Shown here piece by piece: positions 56,167-64,000 of a stretch of DNA of 64,000 nt. Each line of letters begins with the position of its first letter. Position 1 is the stretch's first letter. Both the position numbers and the translations under genes were made by a program. Source of the stretch: Candidatus Latescibacterota bacterium (lineage in GTDB: Bacteria; Latescibacterota; UBA2968); NCBI GenBank assembly GCA_965204745.1, contig OZ242010.1, forward strand, positions 5,355,264 through 5,419,263, in the 5' to 3' direction. The notes beneath the pieces are model-generated. The model did not search any database, was not told where the DNA came from, and worked only from the letters and a program-made list of their open reading frames with translations.

Positions 56167-58668
56167 ATGCCCCGCAAGCGTCGAAGTAAAAAGACCGGTT
56201 CCCGCAAGCGCGACAATAAAAACGCCAACCCAATGCCCCCAAAGCGTCCGTTTCCCACCTTGTGGTTGCTACTCTTCTTGAGCTGTTTAGCGATCTGCAT
56301 GCAGTACGTCACGATGACAAAATTCTCGGTCTTACCACCTGCTGGCACCTTCGTCACCCTGTCTGCCTTTGTACAGGTCATTGAACAAAAGATCGCATTT
56401 GAGAAGATCGACATCGCGTTGCTCGTCCTATTCCTCGCGACCTGTGCATTGCTCTTGTGGAAAGAGAGGCGCGGGCAGGTGCTCACCGATTTTCTAAAGG
56501 ACTTATTCGCCAGCGAGCGCAAACCCGTGTACCTGCTCTTGGGCTGTTCGCTGATATGCGTCCGTTTTTACTTTGCCCCCGGCGCAATGCACTGGGGCGC
56601 AGACGCCTCTCACCACATCGCCCAATCCTATCTCGCGGCCAGAACCATCGCGGACGGTCAGTGGCCCATCTATACGTTCTTCATGGGCAATGGATCGCCC
56701 TACCTGCAAAATTACGGCTTTGCCTTCTTTTGTCTCGTTGGCTTTGTCGAGCTCATTTGTCGGGATTTATTTTTTTCACTGAAATTGGTCATGGCGGGCA
56801 CACACATCATTTCCGGCATCGGCATGTACTTCTTTGTCGGCAACCTGTGTCAATCGCGTCGCGCCGGGTTTATCGCGGGGCTGGGCTATGTGCTTTGTTT
56901 TTGGCACACGCAACAGGTGCTCATCATGGGCCGCTTGCCCCTGTCCCTGTTTTACGCCCTCCTGCCTTGGCCCTTCTATGCTGTCGAAAGCATGATCCGC
57001 TCGCCCTACAAGATGCGCGCGGCTTTGATAGGAGGCGCGTCTCTCGCCCTCCTGAATTTCACGCACCCGGGCTACGGTACGTATGCGATGCTATTTTGGG
57101 GATGCTACTGTATCGGCCGCTTGTGGTCATTATGGGGCCGTGCAGACCTTGGGGCACTCCTCCGCGCAGGGGTGTTGTGCATGGGCTTGGGCGTCTTTTT
57201 CAGTGCGTACATGAACGCGGGAATGTATTTCGAGCTCGAGCACACCGAGATGGCCGACTTTCGCCTCGGCTTAAAAGGCGTAGCAGACGAGGGAATGTCA
57301 GGCGTTCCCGACCCCACTTGGCGACACTTGCTCGGCTGGTCAAACTACCGCTTTTGGCTACTTCCGCCCGAGCCTTACCACTGGTACGGCGGGTATTTGG
57401 GCCTGTCTTTGTGCGCGTTGGCCTTGGCCGGGATCGCGCTTTTCCGGCGCGACAAGCCGCGGCACTTCGCGCCCGGTTGGCTGTGTCTCGCGCTGGTCGT
57501 GCTGATCGTCTTCGCTTACCGGTTGCCGCCCTTCAACATGCTATCCCTCATCCAAGCCTCAAACGCCGCGCGCTACTTGCTCTTTCTCGCGTTCTTTCTC
57601 GCCCTATCTGCGGGCATTGGCACGCGCCTGCTCTTGCGACACCGTCCTTGGAGGCTCTCGCGCAATCGCTGTTTTACCCTCCTCTTGCTCCTCTTGTTGA
57701 TCGATCTCTTCCCCACCACCTTCTTGCATGCTTATATACGGCCCCGCGACCGATCTTCGGATACATTTACGAATATTTGGAAGGCGTCCGCACCCTTCAC
57801 AGCGCGGGGCGAATTGCCCAATTACCGCGTGCAGTGGGTTGACAAAGACAACTTCTCTTACTACCGCATGGCATCCCCGCTTTTTATGAGCGAGACCCCG
57901 ATATCCGAGGCATTCCACCCCGCGGAACTCCGCACCCGCGGCGCATTTGTCGCTCCCTTCCTCCACTTCGCACGCGATCAGGCCCCCGCTTTAACCGCAG
58001 AGCCCAACCGACTTTTCACCGACAAACTGCTGACCGCGGGTTTGTACCTGCTCAATACGCGCTACGTGGTCTTGTCCTCTAAAAACACGGGATTTGAGCT
58101 TTCCCTACCCCACAGTCCGATCACTGTCTCCTCGCGCTTGGTCGGCTATGACGCCGAGGCCGCCGCCGAGCGTGCGGGACAAATCCGCGCAGACCTGCAA
58201 GTTGACAGCCTGCGCGCGCGTTCCATTTCGCAAGTCAGGTGGCTCATTGAGCAGATGGGGGTTCGTTTTCAGGACAATTCCTGCGAACGCATTTTCGTTC
58301 GAGACCATGAAGGGAGCGACCTACAAACAACGCCCACGGCGCAGGTCGTCTCTCACGTCGTCGGCCACAAAGAAGTCAAAATGAAGGTGTCGGTCTCCGA
58401 AAATTGCTATGCGCGGTTGTCTTACGCGTACTTCCCCTATCTACACATCACTGTAGATGGAACGCCCGTGCAACCCCTGGAAACAGCGGGTCACTTCATC
58501 GCATTGCCCCTTGACGCGGGCGAACGCGATATTGTAATCCAAGCGCGGCTTTCCCCGTTGCGGAAAAACCTGCTCTATCTCAAGTTGATCCTACTATCAA
58601 TCGCTCTGGGCCTGGTCTTCATAGAACACAAGCGCGTCAACTCCCCTAACCCCGTTACTGATCACTGA
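56167..58668 (+). CDS. Large polytopic membrane protein (YfhO/GT-C-like glycosyltransferase?)
   Basis: Basic N-terminus, more than 12 hydrophobic segments, and a ~300-aa soluble C-terminal domain with a final TM. The family call is tentative. Confidence 0.55.
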   Translation: MPRKRRSKKTGSRKRDNKNANPMPPKRPFPTLWLLLFLSCLAICMQYVTMTKFSVLPPAGTFVTLSAFVQVIEQKIAFEKIDIALLVLFLATCALLLWKERRGQVLTDFLKDLFASERKPVYLLLGCSLICVRFYFAPGAMHWGADASHHIAQSYLAARTIADGQWPIYTFFMGNGSPYLQNYGFAFFCLVGFVELICRDLFFSLKLVMAGTHIISGIGMYFFVGNLCQSRRAGFIAGLGYVLCFWHTQQVLIMGRLPLSLFYALLPWPFYAVESMIRSPYKMRAALIGGASLALLNFTHPGYGTYAMLFWGCYCIGRLWSLWGRADLGALLRAGVLCMGLGVFFSAYMNAGMYFELEHTEMADFRLGLKGVADEGMSGVPDPTWRHLLGWSNYRFWLLPPEPYHWYGGYLGLSLCALALAGIALFRRDKPRHFAPGWLCLALVVLIVFAYRLPPFNMLSLIQASNAARYLLFLAFFLALSAGIGTRLLLRHRPWRLSRNRCFTLLLLLLLIDLFPTTFLHAYIRPRDRSSDTFTNIWKASAPFTARGELPNYRVQWVDKDNFSYYRMASPLFMSETPISEAFHPAELRTRGAFVAPFLHFARDQAPALTAEPNRLFTDKLLTAGLYLLNTRYVVLSSKNTGFELSLPHSPITVSSRLVGYDAEAAAERAGQIRADLQVDSLRARSISQVRWLIEQMGVRFQDNSCERIFVRDHEGSDLQTTPTAQVVSHVVGHKEVKMKVSVSENCYARLSYAYFPYLHITVDGTPVQPLETAGHFIALPLDAGERDIVIQARLSPLRKNLLYLKLILLSIALGLVFIEHKRVNSPNPVTDH

Positions 58669-58687
58669 CCGGTAACCACTACTTATT

Positions 58688-58874
58688 GGGACCTACCCCC
58701 CTGGCCCCCCTTCCTGTGAGGAAGGGGGGAATGGCGAGAGGTTGTGCGAGGGGTTTGGGTTTCCAGGGCGTGATCTATTCGCTCAAAGCCATCAGAACAG
58801 CCAGGGAGACAAACCTTCAAAAAGCCATGCGCTCCCCCTTTCCTTGTAGGAAAGGGGGCCGGGGGGATAGGTCC
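58688..58874 (+). mobile_element. MITE-like nested-palindrome element, copy 3 (~187 bp)
   Basis: GGGACCTACCCCCCTGGCCCCCCTTCCTgtgAGGAAGGGGGG ... CCCCCTTTCCTtgtAGGAAAGGGGGCCGGGGGGATAGGTCC. Confidence 0.85.
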
Positions 58875-58999
58875 TACGAGGAGGGGGAAGAACATCTCTC
58901 GTTGCGGAGAGGAGCCGAATGACTCGTCCATGTCTTTGGGCGATTGGTCTCGGCTTGCTTCCTACTCGCTTTCTACTCTTAATTCGCATCGGTAGAGAC

Positions 59000-60091
59000 A
59001 TGATAAACACCATCGTCATAGGCGGGGGGCAGGCGGGCGTTGTGCTGAGTTATTTTTTGCAACAACGCGGCGTTGAGCACCTCGTCTTGGAACGCGACCG
59101 GGCGTTTTCGGCATGGCACAAGTGCTGGGACAACTTTCGCCTAAACACCGCCAATTGGATGAACGCCTTGCCCGGCATGCGAGAACCGTTCGCGCCGCAC
59201 AAGGCGTGGTACGACACGGCCACGCGAGACGAAGTGCTCAACTATTTCAGCGCGTACCTCCAAATGGTCGATCCGCCCATCAAAGAAGGTGCGACCGTGC
59301 TACGAGTCGTCGAAGGCAAAGAAAACTGGCATGTGCATACGGATACCGAAATCTATCAAACGATCAATGTCGCCGTATGTACCGGGCACGCGGCCCAACC
59401 CTCTGTGCCGGAGGTGGCCCATCAACTGCCGCGCTCAACTCCGCAACTGCATTCAGCGGCCTATCGCAACCCCGCGCAGATCAAAACCGCGAATGTGCTG
59501 ATCGTGGGCAGCGGGAGTAGCGGGGTTCAAATTTGTCAAGACCTCGCGCAATCGGGTCAATTTGACCATCTCGCGTTCGCGCTCAGCGGCAACATGGTCA
59601 TCCCGTGGTCCATTTTGGGCATTCCCATCGGCGTGTTTTCGCGCTTGCTCCCGGCATTTGAAATCCAGCGACAATCGTGGCTCGGTCGGCGCATTGCACG
59701 CCAATGGCACGGCGGCGAGCCTGCGATGGCGCCGTCCCCGCGATGGCTTTCAAAACGCTACGGCGTGCAGCGAGTTGGTCGCGTCACGGCCGTTGCCGAG
59801 CGCGGCATCGCCTGCGCCGATGGCGAGATCGTCAGTTTAGAAGATCGAACCGTCTTGTGGTGTACGGGTTTTAGGTCCGATTACAAATTCATTCGGCCGC
59901 GCCATCCCAAATCCGCATTTGACGAAAATGGGCCCATTCACAACCGCGGCGTTGGCGTGCCCGGCCTGTTTTTCGTCGGCTTGAAGTTTCAGCACAGGGT
60001 CGGCTCTCACTTGTTGCACGGCGTTGGCCGAGACGCGGAATACGTCGCCTGCAAAATTGCGGAAAGGAAAACCGCATGTCTCCATCCATGA
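59000..60091 (+). CDS. FAD/NAD(P)-binding oxidoreductase, flavin-monooxygenase-like
   Basis: Two dinucleotide-binding motifs: IVIGGGQAGV and LIVGSGSSGVQI. Size and spacing as in CzcO/FMO-type enzymes. Confidence 0.75.
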   Translation: MINTIVIGGGQAGVVLSYFLQQRGVEHLVLERDRAFSAWHKCWDNFRLNTANWMNALPGMREPFAPHKAWYDTATRDEVLNYFSAYLQMVDPPIKEGATVLRVVEGKENWHVHTDTEIYQTINVAVCTGHAAQPSVPEVAHQLPRSTPQLHSAAYRNPAQIKTANVLIVGSGSSGVQICQDLAQSGQFDHLAFALSGNMVIPWSILGIPIGVFSRLLPAFEIQRQSWLGRRIARQWHGGEPAMAPSPRWLSKRYGVQRVGRVTAVAERGIACADGEIVSLEDRTVLWCTGFRSDYKFIRPRHPKSAFDENGPIHNRGVGVPGLFFVGLKFQHRVGSHLLHGVGRDAEYVACKIAERKTACLHP

Positions 60092-61137
60092 AGCGCGCGC
60101 CGTTGCGCGTCGGCCTGATAGGTTGCGGCGGCATCGTCCAAAAATCGCATCTGCCCGGCCTGCTCGAAATTCCCGATCTCGTAACCGTCTCGGCCATTGC
60201 CGATCCCATACCCGAAAACAGAAACCGCGTTGGCACAGCCGCAGACATTCCCTTGGCCCAACGCTACGAAGACCATCGCCACATGCTCGACCGCGCCAAA
60301 CTCGACGCCGCGATCATCGCCACCCCGCATCACTTGCACGCCGAACACGTCCTCCACGCGGCACATGCAGGCGTTGCCATCATCTCGGAAAAACCCATGG
60401 CAACCTCGCTTGAAGAAGCCGATCAGATTCTCGACACGGTGAAAAAATGCGGCGCACCCTACGGCATCGTCCACAATTTTCTTTCCATGCCCGGCACGGT
60501 GGAAGCACTCCGAATCTTGCGCGGGGAAAACGCGGGCACGCCCCAAACCGGACGCGCCCTTTCCCTGTTTGGCAAAACAGAAGATCAGGCGGACCCCAAC
60601 GCGGTTTGGCGCGCATCCAAAGCAGCCGGTGGCGGTTGCCTCAGCGACAGCGCCTATCACGAAATCTATTTGATCGAAGCCATGATCGGTTCGCCCGTGC
60701 GCTATGTCGAAGCCCGCGTGCAAACCAAATTTTTCGCCTTTGATGTCGATGACGTGGCCTTCCTCCTCTTTGAACACGAAAATGGCGCCATCTCCACAGT
60801 CGCCACTTCTTGGGGCATGCCCATCGGCCGAGACGGCAACCTGTGCGAAGTCTATACCCGCACGCACGCCATCCGCATCGTCAGCCGCGGGCGCGAACTC
60901 TTTTGCATGGACAAATCCAATCGCAGATGGGAATCCGTCCCCCTCGGCCATGGCCTTGACGACGCGGCCCTGGCCCGCGCAGGACATGCCAACTATTTCG
61001 CCGCCACCTTCAAAGCACTCGCCAACGGCAACCCACCGCCGATCACCTGCGAACACGCCCGCCACAACCTCGCCATCATCCACGCCGCACACCGAGCGAC
61101 CACCTCGCGCCGAGCAGTCGATGTGAAAGCCCTTTAG
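60076..61137 (+). CDS. Gfo/Idh/MocA-family oxidoreductase
   Basis: LRVGLIGCGGIVQKSHLPGL Rossmann N-terminus, EKPMA motif (IISEKPMATSLEEA). An alternative ATG at 60088 overlaps the upstream stop (ATGA). Confidence 0.88.
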   Translation: MSPSMKRAPLRVGLIGCGGIVQKSHLPGLLEIPDLVTVSAIADPIPENRNRVGTAADIPLAQRYEDHRHMLDRAKLDAAIIATPHHLHAEHVLHAAHAGVAIISEKPMATSLEEADQILDTVKKCGAPYGIVHNFLSMPGTVEALRILRGENAGTPQTGRALSLFGKTEDQADPNAVWRASKAAGGGCLSDSAYHEIYLIEAMIGSPVRYVEARVQTKFFAFDVDDVAFLLFEHENGAISTVATSWGMPIGRDGNLCEVYTRTHAIRIVSRGRELFCMDKSNRRWESVPLGHGLDDAALARAGHANYFAATFKALANGNPPPITCEHARHNLAIIHAAHRATTSRRAVDVKAL

Positions 61138-61330
61138 AACACGCGCAAGCGACGTTCGCAGATTCGTACATTGCATGTCGCGTACAACAGGTATCCATTC
61201 ATCGACGGTAGAAAAAACAAAATATCCTTGATTAGATAGAAGTATTGTATATTTTCATAACTGATCGCGGCTATCGCCAAAACCGATGAACAACCGCCAC
61301 GCAAACCCATAACTCGAAAGGAACAGCGCT

Positions 61331-62743
61331 ATGGCAGACAAACCCGTTTTGTTGACCGACGCCCAGATGCAGCAATTCATTCGGGAGGGGTATTTGATGC
61401 TCCATCCGGATTTTCCAGAGGGATTTCACGCGAAAGTCTATAAGCGCATCGACGAATCCTTTGGCAAGTCCGGTGGCAAAAACCCGGGCAACAACCTCCT
61501 CCCGGCCGTGCCAGAATTGCAAGACGTGTGGGATCATCCCGTCGTTCACGGCGCGTTTTCCAGCATCCTCGGCCCGGATTACTATTTGCACCTGCACCGC
61601 CACGTTCACGAAAGTCGTCCGGGCAGTGCGGCGCGCGGCATGCACAAAGACAGCTTGCACAACAGCCGGTTCTGCGCGGATCACAATCGCCGCCATCACC
61701 ACTGCCGCTGGATGATGGCGATGTATTATCCGCAGGATACGCCCGACGAGATGGGCCCCACCAGCGTGATTCCAAAATCGCAATACATCACGGCCCGCGA
61801 ACAGGACGGCGAGCATCTCTTCTCGTCCGGGCCAGCGGGCACGGTTGTGCTGATTCACTACGACATCTTGCACAAAAAAGAAGCCAACAACACGGACATC
61901 ACGCGCCACATGGTCAAATTTCTGTTCACGCGCATGACCGAACCCACCGAACCCACTTGGGATCACACAGATGAAACCTGGGTCGCGTCCGATGATCCGC
62001 AAGACCCTATCTGGCAGGCCATGTGGCACTGGCACTTGGGCAAAGCACCTAAACGCCTGGCAACCGGCGCGTCTGTCGAAACCCTGGCCGGCCGCCTTTC
62101 CCATGCGGACGAAGCCCTCGCGCTCAATGCGTCCTACACCTTGGGGTCGCGGGGCGAACGCGCCATACCCGCCTTGATCGACGCGCTCGCGGACGCGGAA
62201 AACGCGGATCGGCCCCGCAACGCGGGATATGGACTCGCCGCAGTTGGCGAACGCGCCGTCCCCGCATTGCTCAAACTCAGCCGCGATCCAAATCCCCAAA
62301 TCCGCGCGCGCGCTGTCGATGTGCTCGGTGACTTGGGCTGGCGTGCCAAAATAGGTACGCCCGACCTCATCGCGCTGTTGCGAGACCCCGATGAAGACGT
62401 GCGCGCCCGCGTTGCCGAATCCCTGGGCACAGTGAGCCAAAACACTGCGGATGCCGTGCGCCCACTCGCGGCTATCCTGTCCACAGATGAGAGCGACTTC
62501 GTGCGCCGCAACGCGGCCCTCTCCCTCGCTCGCCTCGGCCCCCATGCCCAACCGGCCATTCCCGAATTGGCAGACGCCATGCGCGACAGCAACCACTACG
62601 TGCGCGGATTTGCCGTCCACGCCCTCTATCGCATTGGCACGGCCGAAGCACTCGGGGCCGCCCTGCAACGCCTGCAAACCCTGCGCTGGGACAGCGAACC
62701 CAGGGGTCAGGTGCAAAGACCCACCCCCATCAAGGCGGCGTAA
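61331..62743 (+). CDS. Phytanoyl-CoA dioxygenase (PhyH)-like domain fused to C-terminal HEAT/PBS-lyase-like repeats
   Basis: N-terminal LLTDAQMQQFIREGYL...HKD...VLIHYDILH, a 2OG/Fe(II) oxygenase-type H.D...H arrangement. The C-terminal ~200 aa carry repeated P.L(I/L).(A/L)L.D....VR..A..(A/S)LG units. Confidence 0.7.
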   Translation: MADKPVLLTDAQMQQFIREGYLMLHPDFPEGFHAKVYKRIDESFGKSGGKNPGNNLLPAVPELQDVWDHPVVHGAFSSILGPDYYLHLHRHVHESRPGSAARGMHKDSLHNSRFCADHNRRHHHCRWMMAMYYPQDTPDEMGPTSVIPKSQYITAREQDGEHLFSSGPAGTVVLIHYDILHKKEANNTDITRHMVKFLFTRMTEPTEPTWDHTDETWVASDDPQDPIWQAMWHWHLGKAPKRLATGASVETLAGRLSHADEALALNASYTLGSRGERAIPALIDALADAENADRPRNAGYGLAAVGERAVPALLKLSRDPNPQIRARAVDVLGDLGWRAKIGTPDLIALLRDPDEDVRARVAESLGTVSQNTADAVRPLAAILSTDESDFVRRNAALSLARLGPHAQPAIPELADAMRDSNHYVRGFAVHALYRIGTAEALGAALQRLQTLRWDSEPRGQVQRPTPIKAA

Positions 62744-62790
62744 CTGACTTGGATCTCCGTGCCCCAACACACTGTTTCCGGACTGGTATC

Positions 62791-64000
62791 ATGATCTTTC
62801 AATACATCCGACTTATGCTGATCGCCTGCATCTTTTTGTCGTGCGCCGCACAGACGCCTACGACAAAAATCGATACAAAAATTTATGTGGTACAACCGGG
62901 GGATTCGCTGACGAAAATCGCCGATCAGTTTTCCATGAGCGTGATCGAACTCAAGCAACTCAATGGCCTTACGTCGAATCGCATTCACCCCGGCCAACGC
63001 CTCCGAGTGCGCGCTTCTTCTACGCAACGACCACAGGCGCGCCCACCTTCTGCCCAGATAAAAAATATAGAATACGTGGTGCAACCGGGGGATTCGCTGA
63101 CGAAAATCGCCGATCAGTTTGACATGCACGTTGACGAACTCAAGCGACTCAATGGCCTTACGTCGAATCTCATTCGCCCCGGCCAACGCCTCCGCGTGCG
63201 CGACCTGTCTCCTGGCCGCTCATCTTCTGGGCGAGAAAATCGCGTTCAACCTTCTTTTGGCGAAATGGAATATGTGGTAAAACCGGGGGATTCGCTTTCT
63301 AAAATCGCCACGCGGTTTGCCATTGATTTGGCGGCACTCAAACGCGCCAATGGCCTCAGATCGGATCGCATTTATGTGGGGCAAAAGTTAAAGATCCGGA
63401 CGCAGGCAAAAGAAATCGCGGCGCCCAATGGCCCGTATTATTTTTTTCAGCCCAAAGCGACCGTGCAACGAAGCCGGAATTATCGGGAAGAACCGAAAAC
63501 AAAGCCGATTGAAGATTATCGAAATGCCCACAATTTGCTACGCGGTTTCAATGCGGGGATCGATTTGCAAATGCGCCGAGAGGGGCGTAAATCACAGCCG
63601 TTAAAAGGATGGCGCGTTGTGCTTGACCCGGGGCACGGAGGGCGCGATCCGGGCGCGATTGTTTCCAATGAAGATGGCAACAACAACCCGGTATATGTGG
63701 TTGAGGACGAATATGTGTACGATATTGGATTGCGGCTGTACCAAAAGCTGAGACTCGCCGGTGCCGCGGTGGAAATGACGGTGGTCAGTCCGAATCATCT
63801 CATTCGAGACAATGATCCTGCCGCGAAGACGTTCGTACACGAGCAAAATGAGGTCTATAACGATGAAGCCTACAATAGACGGAACAGTTTTTCAGTGCGC
63901 CCGGGGCTTAGCAACATCACGCAACGGGTCAAAATAGCCAACCGGTTTTTCCAGGGCGCAAGACCGGGACAGACCCTGTTTTTATCGCTCCATGCAGACA
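62791..64000 (+). CDS. LysM-repeat N-acetylmuramoyl-L-alanine amidase lipoprotein (3' end beyond window)
   Basis: Lipobox FLSC. Three LysM units (YVVQPGDSLTKIADQF...LNGLTSN.I.PGQRLRV). Amidase_3 motif VVLDPGHGGRDPGA ... LFLSLHAD. The frame is open to nt 64000, so it is absent from the ORF track. Confidence 0.88.
   Translation, partial: MIFQYIRLMLIACIFLSCAAQTPTTKIDTKIYVVQPGDSLTKIADQFSMSVIELKQLNGLTSNRIHPGQRLRVRASSTQRPQARPPSAQIKNIEYVVQPGDSLTKIADQFDMHVDELKRLNGLTSNLIRPGQRLRVRDLSPGRSSSGRENRVQPSFGEMEYVVKPGDSLSKIATRFAIDLAALKRANGLRSDRIYVGQKLKIRTQAKEIAAPNGPYYFFQPKATVQRSRNYREEPKTKPIEDYRNAHNLLRGFNAGIDLQMRREGRKSQPLKGWRVVLDPGHGGRDPGAIVSNEDGNNNPVYVVEDEYVYDIGLRLYQKLRLAGAAVEMTVVSPNHLIRDNDPAAKTFVHEQNEVYNDEAYNRRNSFSVRPGLSNITQRVKIANRFFQGARPGQTLFLSLHAD

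Noticed and set aside
60007-62770. Two long minus-strand ORFs (60007-61176 and 61271-62770)
   Set aside because: Antisense to the Gfo/Idh/MocA and PhyH-HEAT genes, which have recognisable motifs. No motifs of their own.

Overview
GC-rich bacterial chromosome segment. Frequent lipoboxes and LolB/BamD-like lipoproteins suggest a diderm. I recognised no rRNA, tRNA or CRISPR. All calls rest on motif recognition by eye plus the supplied ORF track; no searches were run, and the taxon cannot be assigned from this window.

Gene content by region:
- 1-8.8 kb: tightly packed co-directional housekeeping run (yicC 3' part, gmk, rpoZ, coaBC, family-4 UDG, dnaB, radA, kptA, a DAC-domain protein, a GT-C/DUF2029-like membrane protein).
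- 9-19 kb: TPR lipoprotein, MoxR ATPase, GH33 sialidase, FGE/SUMF1 lipoprotein, groES-groEL with a perfect CIRCE operator, Ni-superoxide dismutase, an S1 protease lipoprotein, RNase R.
- 19.0-21.4 kb: four tandem, visibly AT-richer paralogous genes. Each encodes a small protein with a signal peptide, a coiled coil of 11-residue repeats and a C-terminal TM segment.
- 21.4-30 kb: secreted hypothetical protein, TPR lipoprotein, LolB/DUF4292-like lipoprotein, M14 carboxypeptidase, DUF4097/LiaX-like protein.
- 30.76-48.34 kb: one 17.4-kb gene for a 5,808-aa secreted repeat protein.
- 48.3-64 kb: gene fragments and IS5-like remnants, SAM hydroxide adenosyltransferase, NHL protein, an orphan ABC ATPase, a PcfJ-like gene in a repeat-rich islet, a TPP enzyme, a large membrane protein, a flavin monooxygenase-like gene, Gfo/Idh/MocA, a PhyH-HEAT fusion, and a 3'-truncated LysM-amidase.

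The giant gene is the main point of interest:
- It has five GLUG-motif super-modules, each headed by a dockerin/EF-hand-like segment, then 24 Fn3 units, 14 Calx-beta-like units and a C-terminal dockerin-like pair.
- It is preceded by a C23 homopolymer. This encodes a Pro7 run in a Shine-Dalgarno-led upstream ORF whose stop overlaps the giant gene's ATG.
- It ends at a 5-nt insertion that truncates the terminal dockerin.

Most larger intergenic spacers share a vocabulary of short repeats: (GTNGTCA)n heptamer arrays, a 32-nt hairpin module, and a 190-230 bp nested-palindrome MITE-like element (3 copies).
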